Positions 1 to 8,523 of a DNA stretch of 61,070 nucleotides are shown here, one piece after another (position 1 is the first letter of the stretch; the number at the start of each line of letters is the position of its first letter). Source of the DNA: Chloroflexota bacterium (GTDB lineage: Bacteria > Chloroflexota > Dehalococcoidia > UBA2979). The position numbers were made by a program, and so were the translations under genes. Where the stretch lies: the NCBI GenBank assembly GCA_027592645.1, contig JAQCKI010000003.1, positions 1 to 61,070 of the forward strand. The letters run 5' to 3'. The notes beneath the pieces are model-generated. The model was not told the origin of the DNA and made no database searches. It saw only the letters and a list, made by a program, of their open reading frames with translations.

Positions 1-64
1 CCGTCCGGCCTACACTGCTCCCGGCGGCCACTCTCCGGGCGGCGATGTTCGGGATGGGGGGCCG

Positions 65-820
65 GTGTTCCCGCTACATGACCTGAACCCCACCGTGCGC
101 CGTCCACTCGCGACGCTGCTCTTCATCGCGGCGAACCTCGTGGTGTGGGTCGTCCTGCAGCCACACGGGACGGTCGAGGAAGAGATCCGCTTCCTCTACG
201 AGTACGCCGTCATCTCCTGCGAGGTCGTGCGCAACGCACCCCTGACCGTCACCGAGGTGCTCTCCGGCCAGTGCATCCCGGATGCGCGCGGGCCGGAGGC
301 GTTCCCCGGCAAGCAAGTCGCGCTCTCCGTGCTGGCATCAATGTTCTTCCACGGTGGTCTGTTCCACCTGGCCGGGAACATGTGGTTCCTCTGGATCTTC
401 GGCAACAACGTGGAGGACCGCCTCGGACCCCTCGCGTACATCGGGCTGTACCTCGCGACCGGCGTCGCCGGCACGGCCGCGTTCGTGCTGATCCGGCCGG
501 ACGAGGTGACGCCGCTGGTGGGGGCGTCTGGTGCGGTCGCCGGCGTGCTCGGCGCGTACCTCGTGATGTATCCGCGGCACTCGGTCGTGTCGCTGGTGGG
601 CTGGTGGATTCTCCCTATCCCCGCCGGCATCTTCCTGGCCGTGTGGTTCCTCGCCCAGTTCGTGGTGATCGATGTCGGTGTGGCGTGGGAGGCGCACGTC
701 GGCGGCTTCCTCGCGGGGATGCTGCTCGCCGTGGTGCTGCGGTCGATCATTCCGGCGCGACCTGGTGTGACGGACCGTCCGAGGGCCTCGTCGCGTCGAC
801 GATTGGGCGGGCGACGCTAA
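65..820 (+). CDS. Rhomboid family intramembrane serine protease
   Basis: Multiple TM segments; HxxxxHLxxNM (HGGLFHLAGNM), catalytic GASG motif, and AHVGG (catalytic His). Confidence 0.93.
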   Translation: MFPLHDLNPTVRRPLATLLFIAANLVVWVVLQPHGTVEEEIRFLYEYAVISCEVVRNAPLTVTEVLSGQCIPDARGPEAFPGKQVALSVLASMFFHGGLFHLAGNMWFLWIFGNNVEDRLGPLAYIGLYLATGVAGTAAFVLIRPDEVTPLVGASGAVAGVLGAYLVMYPRHSVVSLVGWWILPIPAGIFLAVWFLAQFVVIDVGVAWEAHVGGFLAGMLLAVVLRSIIPARPGVTDRPRASSRRRLGGRR

Positions 821-943
821 CGCACCGCTCATGGCGGCGCCCAAGGCGCGAGGTTCCGCGCGCTACCATGCGACAGTCGGTGCAAACGGGGTTTCCTTGC
901 ACGACGGCGGGATCGAGGCTCCGATGACGCTGTGCGCACGGTG

Positions 944-3055
944 ATGGATGCACCCGCACGGCGAGCCGTCCCGCCGCTGCTGCTCTTCGGGCCGGTGATC
1001 TTCCTCAGCGCCTTCCTGCTATTCCAGGTGCAGCCGATCATCGGCCGATTCGTTCTGCCGTGGTTCGGCGGCGGGTCGTCCGTGTGGATCACCACGCTAC
1101 TGTTCTTCCAGACGGCGTTGCTCGCAGGCTACGCATACGCGCACCTGCTCTCCGGGCGGCTCCCGCCGCGCGCGCAGACGCTGCTGCACGTCGCGCTGCT
1201 CGCGGCCGCCGCGCTCGTCCTCCCGGTGATCCCGGACGACGCGCTGAGGCCCGCCGAGGGCGCCGAGCCCACGACGGGCATCCTGCTGCTCCTGGCGCTG
1301 ACCGTGGGCGCGCCCTACGTCCTGCTCTCCACCACGGGCCCGCTGCTCCAGCGCTGGTTCGCCGAGGGACATCGAGGCCAGTCGCCCTACCCGCTATACG
1401 CCCTCTCGAACGCGGGCTCGTTGCTCGCGCTCTTGTCGTACCCGGTGCTGGTGGAGCCGTGGTTCGGGCTGCGTGCGCAGGCGTGGACGTGGTCCGCGGG
1501 CTACGTCGTGTTTGCGGCCGGCACCGCCGCGGCTGCGTGGTGGTACATGCGCACTGTCCGGCCGCAACGCGACCAAGCGCCCGAGAGGCGCGAGGACGGC
1601 TGGGACACGGCGCCTCGGCCCGCCGCGCGGCAGGTGGGCGCGTGGATCGTGCTCCCGGCGATCGCCACCGCGCTGCTGCTCTCCGGCACGAACCAGCTGA
1701 CGCAGGACGCCGCATCCGTGCCGCTCCTCTGGGTGCTCCCGCTGGCGATCTACCTGTTGACGTTCATCCTCTGCTTCAGCAGTGACCGCGCCTACGACCC
1801 GCCCGTCTTCACCTTCACGCTCATCACGGCCTGCATCTACGCGTTGTTCGTTCTCTACCGCCCGTTCGTCCCGCTCGGCTGGCAACTGGTGATCTACAGC
1901 AGCGTGATCTTCTTCGGCTGCATGTCGCTGCACGGCGAAACGGTGCGGCTGAAGCCGCATCCGCGGTACCTGACGCTGTTCTACCTCGCGGTCGCTACCG
2001 GGGGAGCGCTCGGCGGGGCGCTGGTCGCGTTGGCGGCTCCCGCGGTCTTCAACGGCTACTGGGAGTACCACGTAGCGCTGTGGGCGACGGCGCTGGTCAT
2101 CGTGGTGATCCGCCTCGGTGAGATCCGCGGCTCGTGGAGCACGGGGCTGCGCCCGGCCGTCACCGCCGTCTCCATGCTGGCTCTGTTCGGCTTCGGCGGC
2201 ATGTTGCTGGGCAATGTGCAGCGAGGTGCGGACGAGACCATCGCGCAGGTTCGCAGTTTCTATAGCGTCACGCGCATCAGCGAGCGTGTTTCGACGGACT
2301 CCGGCCTGGTGCTGCGAGAGATGCAGCACGGCCGCATCATCCACGGCATCCAGCGCGTCGACCCGGCGCACCGACGCGATCACGTGGGCTACTACGGCCC
2401 GCTCAGCGGCATCGGTGTGGCGGTGGCGCACTACGAACCGCCCGAGGACCGACCGCGCCGCGTCGGCGTGCTCGGGCTGGGCGCAGGGATGGTGGTCACT
2501 TACGCCGAGCCGGGCGAGACGTGGGTGTTCTACGAGATCGACCCGACCGTGACCGAACTGGCGGAGACGTACTTCACCTACCTGGCGGACGCCCGTGACC
2601 GCGGTGTCACCGTCGAGGTTCGTCACGGCGATGGTCGCCGCCTGCTGGAGCAGGAGGTCGCCGCCGGCGAGACGCACGGGTACGACCTGCTGCTGATGGA
2701 CGCCTTCAGTGGCGACTCAGTCCCCGTGCACCTGCTGACCCTCGAGGCGTTCGACCTCTACTGGCAGCACCTGCGACCAGATGGTGTGCTGGCCGTCCAC
2801 ATCTCGAATCTCCACATCGACCTGTCGCCTGTCGTCCGTGGTGCGGCCGCGGAGCGCGGTCTCCATGCGGCGGGAGTCGCCGATCCCGGCGCCGGCGCGG
2901 ACGTGTTCTCGACGGTGTGGGTACTGGTCACCGCCAACGAGGCGTTCCTGGCGGCGGCCGCACCCTGGATCGATGAATGGCCGGAGCGGGCACGTACGCC
3001 GCGTGTCTGGACGGACGACCGCAGCGACCTGTACGGCGTGATCCAGTTCCGCTGA
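944..3055 (+). CDS. Integral membrane protein fused to a spermidine-synthase-like SAM-dependent methyltransferase domain
   Basis: Long hydrophobic N-terminal region (FLLFQVQP, LYALSNAGS); C-terminal VLGLGAG, YEIDP, GDGR, MDAFS and WTDD motifs. Start uncertain (932/941/944). Confidence 0.85.
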   Translation: MDAPARRAVPPLLLFGPVIFLSAFLLFQVQPIIGRFVLPWFGGGSSVWITTLLFFQTALLAGYAYAHLLSGRLPPRAQTLLHVALLAAAALVLPVIPDDALRPAEGAEPTTGILLLLALTVGAPYVLLSTTGPLLQRWFAEGHRGQSPYPLYALSNAGSLLALLSYPVLVEPWFGLRAQAWTWSAGYVVFAAGTAAAAWWYMRTVRPQRDQAPERREDGWDTAPRPAARQVGAWIVLPAIATALLLSGTNQLTQDAASVPLLWVLPLAIYLLTFILCFSSDRAYDPPVFTFTLITACIYALFVLYRPFVPLGWQLVIYSSVIFFGCMSLHGETVRLKPHPRYLTLFYLAVATGGALGGALVALAAPAVFNGYWEYHVALWATALVIVVIRLGEIRGSWSTGLRPAVTAVSMLALFGFGGMLLGNVQRGADETIAQVRSFYSVTRISERVSTDSGLVLREMQHGRIIHGIQRVDPAHRRDHVGYYGPLSGIGVAVAHYEPPEDRPRRVGVLGLGAGMVVTYAEPGETWVFYEIDPTVTELAETYFTYLADARDRGVTVEVRHGDGRRLLEQEVAAGETHGYDLLLMDAFSGDSVPVHLLTLEAFDLYWQHLRPDGVLAVHISNLHIDLSPVVRGAAAERGLHAAGVADPGAGADVFSTVWVLVTANEAFLAAAAPWIDEWPERARTPRVWTDDRSDLYGVIQFR

Positions 3056-3134
3056 GGCCACGCGCCGCGTCGATGGCCCCTATCGCGCGTCGCTGCGTGA
3101 TAGAGATCACACCGGACGTGTAAGGGGGCTCGCG

Positions 3135-4715
3135 ATGGCGGTCGACGGTGTTCAGGTGGTCGGCTCAGTCGAGGGGCGTCGAAGCGAGATCCTCTCGGAT
3201 GCTGCGCTCGCCTTCCTCGCTGCCCTCCACCGCCAGTTCGAGCCCGGGCGGCGCGAGGTACTGGCGGCGCGCGCCGATCGACAGGCGCAACTGCGCGCCG
3301 GCGAGCGACCGGGATTCCTTGATGAGACGCGCGCGGTGAGGGAGGGCGACTGGCAGGTGACGCCGCCACCCGCGGGGCTGCGCGACCGTCGCGTGGAGAT
3401 CACCGGCCCCACCGACCGCAAGATGGTGATCAACGCGCTGAACTGCGGCGCGCGCGGCTTCATGGCCGACTTCGAGGACGCCAACTCCCCGACGTGGGCG
3501 AACATGATCGATGGCCAGGTGAACCTGTACGACGCCTCCCGTCGCACCATCGAACTGACCGAGGGTGACCGGCACTACCGGCTCAACGATGAGATCGCGA
3601 CCGTGCTGGTGCGCCCACGCGGCTGGCACCTGGTGGAGCGCCACCTGCAGGTGGATGGCGAACCGATCTCCGGCTCGCTGTTCGACTTCGGCCTCTACGT
3701 GTTCCACAACGCGCGCGCCCTGCTGGAACGGGGCAGCGGGCCCTTCTACTACGTCGCGAAACTGGAGGGGCATCGGGAAGCGCGCCTGTGGGCGCAGACA
3801 TTCGCGTTTGCGGAGGATCACCTGGGCCTGGAGCGCGGCACGATCCGCGCGACGGTACTGATCGAGACCGTGCTCGCGGCGTTCGAGATGGACGAGATCC
3901 TGTACGAGATGCGGGAGCACTCGGCCGGGCTCAATGCCGGGCGGTGGGACTACATCTTCAGCATCATCAAGAAACTGGGCGACGATCGTGCGTTCCTGCT
4001 GCCGAACCGCTCGCAGGTCACTATGACCGCGCCCTTCATGTCCGCATACGCGCGGCTGCTGGCCGCGACCTGCCATCGACGTGGCGCGCACGCCATCGGC
4101 GGGATGTCCGCGTTCATCCCCAACCGCCGCGACCCGGAGGTCACCGAGCGCGCATTCGACCGCGTGCGGGAGGACAAGCGTCGCGAGGCGTCGCAGGGGT
4201 TTGATGGCACCTGGGTCGCGCATCCCGACCTCGTGCCCATCGCAAAGGATGTCTTCGATGGCGTCCTCGGCGACCGCGCGAACCAGGTGGAGGTGCGCCC
4301 GGACGTCTCCGTGGCCGGCGCCGACTTGCTCACCGTGAGCATCGAGGGCGCGGCGTTCACGGAGGCGGAACTGCGCAACAACGTGCAGGTCGGCATCTGG
4401 TACGCCGCTGCGTGGCTCGCCGGCTCGGGCGCGGTCGCGATCCACAACCTGATGGAGGACGCGGCCACCGCGGAGATCTCCCGGTCGCAGATATGGCAGT
4501 GGATCCGCCACGGCGTGGTGCTGGACACGGAGACGCGTGTCACCGCCGACCTCGTCCGCACGGTTGCAGCCGAGGAATGCGAGGCGCTGCGCTCGGTGGT
4601 TGCGCCTGCGGTCGCGGAGCACCTCGACCGGGCGCGCGCACTCTTCGAGCAGTCCGCGCTGACCGAGGAGTTCGTGGAGTTCCTGACGCTGCCCGCGTAC
4701 GAGGCACTGACGTAG
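3135..4715 (+). CDS. aceB: Malate synthase A
   Basis: DRRVEITGP, MADFED, VRPRGWHL, LNAGRWDYIFS, LMEDAATAEISRSQ, FLTLPAY motifs. Confidence 0.97.
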   Translation: MAVDGVQVVGSVEGRRSEILSDAALAFLAALHRQFEPGRREVLAARADRQAQLRAGERPGFLDETRAVREGDWQVTPPPAGLRDRRVEITGPTDRKMVINALNCGARGFMADFEDANSPTWANMIDGQVNLYDASRRTIELTEGDRHYRLNDEIATVLVRPRGWHLVERHLQVDGEPISGSLFDFGLYVFHNARALLERGSGPFYYVAKLEGHREARLWAQTFAFAEDHLGLERGTIRATVLIETVLAAFEMDEILYEMREHSAGLNAGRWDYIFSIIKKLGDDRAFLLPNRSQVTMTAPFMSAYARLLAATCHRRGAHAIGGMSAFIPNRRDPEVTERAFDRVREDKRREASQGFDGTWVAHPDLVPIAKDVFDGVLGDRANQVEVRPDVSVAGADLLTVSIEGAAFTEAELRNNVQVGIWYAAAWLAGSGAVAIHNLMEDAATAEISRSQIWQWIRHGVVLDTETRVTADLVRTVAAEECEALRSVVAPAVAEHLDRARALFEQSALTEEFVEFLTLPAYEALT

Positions 4716-4730
4716 GCCGGGAGACACAGC

Positions 4731-4758
4731 AGGTGGGGCCGCACGTGCGGCCCCACCT
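4731..4758. terminator. Perfect 28-bp palindrome between convergent genes; probable bidirectional terminator
   Basis: AGGTGGGGCCGCACGTGCGGCCCCACCT lies between the aceB stop and the CoA-transferase beta stop; no U-tract. Confidence 0.65.
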
Positions 4759-4781
4759 CTCAGTTCTGCGAGCGACCGGTA

Positions 4782-5522
4782 TCAGGCCGGTTGCAGGATC
4801 GTCTTCGCCCACTGGGGGTAGGTACCGGTCTCGATCATCCGCTCCTTCACCTCGGTGCGGAGGGTGCCCACCTCCTCGTCGGTCGGTGGCGGTGTCACCG
4901 GCACATTGGAGATGTCGCCGAGTTCGAAGCCGGTGTTGTCCTGCACCTGCTGCGCGGTGAACCCCTCGTGCACTGACTCAAGGCCGTAGCGGTTGGCGGC
5001 ACGGTCGAACGAGAGCACCGCCATGGTGGTGAAGATCTTGAACGCCTCCTGCGGGCGCTTGATCGATGGCGGCGTCACCATCGCGCCGGAGACAAAGTCC
5101 ACCTTTGGGACAAAGGTGCGCTTCGTGTGCTCGGTGCGGAAGAACAGGATCCGCTTCGCCGTGTACGACATCAGCCCGGAGCCGTAGCCACCCGGCAGCC
5201 GCAGGTCTGGCGCGTTGGGGTCGCCGACCACATGGAGGTTGAAGTTCCCCTCCGCATCGAACTGGATCGCGCTGTGGAAGAACAAGTCCAGCTTCCCGCG
5301 CTGTGACAGGAAGTGGATGTCCTTCCCCAGGTTCCGATCCAGTTGCTCGCTGCCCAGGATGATGATCTCCGCATTCGGGGCGTGGCTTGCCTCAGCGAGA
5401 AGCAGCGCCGCCGCCGGGATCATCGAGACTGCCCCGCACGCCGAGATCTCCCAATCGCGGATCTCCCGCGACATGAGAATGGCGAGCAGTTCGTCCGAGT
5501 TACAGGCGACGGCGCTGGTCAT
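4782..5522 (-). CDS. CoA-transferase-fold beta subunit (GctB/IpdB-like)
   Basis: DLFFHSAIQFDAEGNFN, RLPGGYGS, HTKRTFVPKVDFVS, LESVHEG, VQDNTGFEL; ATG directly follows the alpha-subunit TAG. Confidence 0.88.
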   Translation of the reverse strand: MTSAVACNSDELLAILMSREIRDWEISACGAVSMIPAAALLLAEASHAPNAEIIILGSEQLDRNLGKDIHFLSQRGKLDLFFHSAIQFDAEGNFNLHVVGDPNAPDLRLPGGYGSGLMSYTAKRILFFRTEHTKRTFVPKVDFVSGAMVTPPSIKRPQEAFKIFTTMAVLSFDRAANRYGLESVHEGFTAQQVQDNTGFELGDISNVPVTPPPTDEEVGTLRTEVKERMIETGTYPQWAKTILQPA

Positions 5523-6401
5523 CTACGCTCCCCCTCCGGCCGCGTGGGTCTCCACCCGGCTCCCCTGGCGAACCATCGCCTGGTACTCTTCCTCCGTCTT
5601 ACCGATGACGTACTTCTGCAGGTACGCGCGGTACGTGGCGTCGTCGGAGGCGGCGCGCAGGTACTCGCGGATGTGCTCCGCGTCCTGCTCGTAGTAGCCG
5701 GGAACACCAGCGGGGTGCGCGCCGCCCGGGGCGTGCACCACCGCAGTGACGTTGATGGCGGAGATGAACTGGCCGCCCTCGTCGTCCGCGGTGACCTTGT
5801 CCACGATCTCCTCGGCGGTGACGATGACGCGGTTGGAGGCCTGCGCCACCATCACGTCTTCGCCGTGCTTGCGGAGCAGCGCGTTGCCGTCTCGATCCGC
5901 CTTCAGCGCGTGCAGGATGGCGACGTTCGGCGTCTGCGCGATCGCGACGACGGTTTCCTCGGTCGGGTCGAAGGGGTTCGGGGCGATGATCATGTCATCG
6001 CGCCGCTTGAATACGTCCGTGCCGGCAAGGCCACGAACCGGGATGTAAGGGACGCCCATAGATCCAGCCTGGATCATCGAGTAGTGGACGCCTCAGGTGT
6101 TGTCGAGCGCGAAGATTCGACTTTGCTTCAAGAATCGGTCGAAGTTCGGTGCTGCCTGTGCGTACGGCTGGAAGCCGATGCTGCAGCACTCCATCGTCTT
6201 CACCTTCTCGGCACCGACGAGGAAGTCGAGGTTGATCGAACCGCCGACGACTCCGATGACGTGCAGATCCTGCACGTCGCCCCGCGCGAGTTCGCGGAGC
6301 ATTGCCATGGGCGCGTGGTTGAATCCCGCGCTCATCACCACCTGGTCACCGTCACGGACGATCCGCGCGGCGGCCTCCAGGCTCACCAGTTTGCTGCGCA
6401 T
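5523..6401 (-). CDS. CoA-transferase-fold alpha subunit (GctA/IpdA-like) with in-frame TGA at 6093-6095; probable selenoprotein (292 aa)
   Basis: ORFs 6093..6458 and 5523..6077 share a frame and join as ALDNT*GVHYSMIQAGSMGVPYIPVRG. N-terminus MRSKLVSLEAAARIVRDGD with AGAAAGGG upstream; C-terminal HALKADRDGN and GGAHP motifs. Hairpin follows the TGA. Confidence 0.85.
6051..6092 (-). promoter_or_regulatory. Putative bacterial SECIS element
   Basis: mRNA after UGA reads GGCGUCCA-CUACUCGAU-GAUCCA-GGC-UGGAUC-UA-UGGGCGUC: 8-bp lower stem (2 GU pairs), 6-bp perfect upper stem, G-initiated apical loop 23 nt from UGA. Confidence 0.7.
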
Positions 6402-6531
6402 CTCAGCCCTTTCTGCCGGGCGCATATCGCGTACCGGCTCGACGCATGTGCATAACATGCATCATTCGGGTAAAACCTACGCCTGCACTCACGTGCGCGT
6501 CAACGATTCCGCATAGCGATCGGAGCCAACG

Positions 6532-7044
6532 ATGACCACCGCGAGCGGCCTGCTTGGCGCCGGCGAGATTGCGCCCGATTTCACGCTCGCCGCCGCCGAT
6601 GGCGAGCGGTACGCCCTCGCCGGTGCGCTCGCCCGCGGCTCCGTGCTGCTCACGTTCTTCTCGCTCGACTGCCAGGCCTGTGACGCCGCCTATCTCCACT
6701 GGGACGCAGCCTTCGAGGCGTACGCGGGCGACGACTTCTCACTCTGGGCGGTCGGTCTCGACCCGGAGCCGCAGGCGGCAGCGTTCTGGGAGAAGTCCGG
6801 TGTCTCGTTCCCAGTGCTCTTCGACGAAGGCGCGAGCGTGGGGGGCTACCGCCTCGCCTCCACGCCCTCACACGTCCTCGTCGGGCAGGACGGGCGCGTC
6901 GTCACCTCGTTCGACGCGTGGGACCGGCTCGCCTGGAACGGACTGCTGGCCGAGATCGCTTCACGCCTCGGCCGCCCCGCCATCGAGGTCGCCCCCGGCG
7001 ACGCACCGGAGTTCCGCCCCGGCTGCACGGTGCATGCGGGGTAG
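6532..7044 (+). CDS. AhpC/TSA (TlpA/peroxiredoxin-like) thioredoxin-fold protein
   Basis: GEIAPDFTL, CQAC (CxxC), SFPVLFD, STPSHVLV; extra C-terminal RPGC. Confidence 0.82.
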   Translation: MTTASGLLGAGEIAPDFTLAAADGERYALAGALARGSVLLTFFSLDCQACDAAYLHWDAAFEAYAGDDFSLWAVGLDPEPQAAAFWEKSGVSFPVLFDEGASVGGYRLASTPSHVLVGQDGRVVTSFDAWDRLAWNGLLAEIASRLGRPAIEVAPGDAPEFRPGCTVHAG

Positions 7045-7073
7045 TGTGTCACGATGTAATACACTGTGTGACA
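7045..7073. promoter_or_regulatory. Three TGT-N3-AC(A/G) boxes at 10-bp spacing; probable antitoxin operator
   Basis: TGTGTCACG (7045), TGTAATACA (7055) and TGTGTGACA (7065), about 20 nt upstream of the RHH antitoxin start. Confidence 0.6.
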
Positions 7074-7092
7074 GATTGATCGAGGAGTCCTG

Positions 7093-7515
7093 ATGCCCGC
7101 CCGTCACCTGTCGATTCGCATGGATGAAGACGCGCTCGACCGCCTGGACGCCGAGAGTCGGCGCACCGGTCGCACCCGCTCGGACATCGCCAAGACGTTG
7201 CTGGACGAGGGGCTCCGCATGGAGCGCCACCCCGGCATCGTCTTTTGCACCGGCCCGGCCGGGCGTCGCCCCGCGCTCGCCGTCGGTCCCGATGTGTGGG
7301 AAGTCGCGCGGGTGGTGCGAGACCTCCGCGGTGGCCCCGGAGTCATCGAGCAGGCCGCCGAACTGACCGGACTGCCCGCGCGCGACATCGAGGTGGTCAT
7401 CCGCTACTACGCGGAGCACGCCGCTGAGATCGATGCATGGATCGACCGCGTCGATGCCGAAGCCGCGGAAGCGGAACAGCGCTGGCAGCGGGAGCAGGCG
7501 CTGCTCCAGCGGTGA
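7093..7515 (+). CDS. Antitoxin: ribbon-helix-helix plus DUF433-like domain
   Basis: HLSIRM...RSDIAKTLLDEGLRM (RHH); HPGIVF..GPAGRRP..GPDVWEV..IRYY; GTGA overlap with the PIN toxin gene. Confidence 0.82.
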   Translation: MPARHLSIRMDEDALDRLDAESRRTGRTRSDIAKTLLDEGLRMERHPGIVFCTGPAGRRPALAVGPDVWEVARVVRDLRGGPGVIEQAAELTGLPARDIEVVIRYYAEHAAEIDAWIDRVDAEAAEAEQRWQREQALLQR

Positions 7516-7868
7516 AGTTGCTGCTGGATGAGATGTGGCCACCCTCGATCGCCCGGACGCTGCGGGAGCGGGGTCACGATGTGATCGCCGTCGCGGAGCG
7601 TGACGACCTGCGATCGCAGCCGGACGAGTACATCTTTGCTGCCGCGCAGGTTGAGGGCCGTGTGATCGTCACCGAGAACGTCGCCGACTTCCGCCGCCTG
7701 GCTGAAGAGTTCGTTCGCCTCGGTCGTACCCATCCCGGCCTGATCTACACCACCAACCGCCAGTTCCCACGGGCCGATGCCCGCACCCCCGGGAGCCTCA
7801 ACCGTGCGCTGCTGCGTTTGCTCGACGGCGATGCCGCAATCACCGAGGTCTGGCTGTCGCCCGAGTAG
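7512..7868 (+). CDS. DUF5615 (VapC45-like) PIN-domain toxin
   Basis: MKLLLDEM, RGHDVIAV, PDEYIF, VIVTENVADF, HPGLI; GTG start overlaps the antitoxin TGA. Confidence 0.85.
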   Translation: MKLLLDEMWPPSIARTLRERGHDVIAVAERDDLRSQPDEYIFAAAQVEGRVIVTENVADFRRLAEEFVRLGRTHPGLIYTTNRQFPRADARTPGSLNRALLRLLDGDAAITEVWLSPE

Positions 7869-7883
7869 CGGTCGGCTCCCGGC

Positions 7884-8441
7884 TTACTCCCAGCCGCGCC
7901 ACGACACGGCGGCGGGTGAGCGGTCGGCGCGCTTCGGTGGTGCGGCGTCGGCGGGGTAGCCGAGGTAGATGTACGCCACGATTCGATCCGTCGGGGCCAG
8001 GCCGAGGTAGGTGAACGCGGCGGGCTGCTCCGCCATCTCGCCGGTGCTCCACTTCGCCGCGAGGCCCTCGGCGTGGACGGCGAGCAGCAGGTTCTCCGCC
8101 GCGCACGCACAGGCCGCATAGTCCTCACGGTCGCGCTCCGGGTCGTCCGGGGTGCCGTGCTGCGCGAGCACGAGCAGGATCGGCGACCGCAACGGCTTCG
8201 TGCGGGCCGACTCGATCAACTTCGGCGATGCGCTCTGCTGCTCCAACTCGGCGGCGAGTTCCCCGGCGAAGCGAGCGCGCTCGTCGCCGGCGAGCACGAA
8301 GAAGCGCCACGGCTGTGTGCGGTGGTGGTTCGGTGCCCACGTCGCCGCCTCGATGATGCGCTCGATCGCCTCGCGCGGCGGCATCGCCGGCGCGAACTTG
8401 GAGGCGGTGCGGCGCGTGGCAAGCGCCTCGTAGAGGTCCAT
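7884..8441 (-). CDS. Nitroreductase family protein
   Basis: LATRRTA, WAPNHHRTQPWRF, AAENLLLA, YLGYP. Confidence 0.9.
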   Translation of the reverse strand: MDLYEALATRRTASKFAPAMPPREAIERIIEAATWAPNHHRTQPWRFFVLAGDERARFAGELAAELEQQSASPKLIESARTKPLRSPILLVLAQHGTPDDPERDREDYAACACAAENLLLAVHAEGLAAKWSTGEMAEQPAAFTYLGLAPTDRIVAYIYLGYPADAAPPKRADRSPAAVSWRGWE

Positions 8442-8523
8442 GGGCGTGGCTCCGACATCCGATGCGCTGTGTGTTGTCCTGACCATCGAGTCTACCGCCG
8501 GGCTCCGGCAGGCGCGGGGTACG

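Noticed and set aside
876-905. Hairpin GTCGGTGCAA...TTGCACGAC upstream of the spermidine-synthase-like gene as a riboswitch
   Set aside because: A single stem with no match to an aptamer I recognise; such stems are frequent in GC-rich DNA.
5100-5118. Inverted repeat CACCTTTG-GGA-CAAAGGTG inside the beta-subunit gene
   Set aside because: It coincides with the conserved TFVPKV coding motif and there is no nearby UGA; probably chance.
6093-6095. Genome-wide UGA reassignment as the explanation for the in-frame TGA
   Set aside because: Many genes here end in TGA at their expected C-termini (e.g. 3055, 7515, 16315, 44457), and Trp is coded by TGG.
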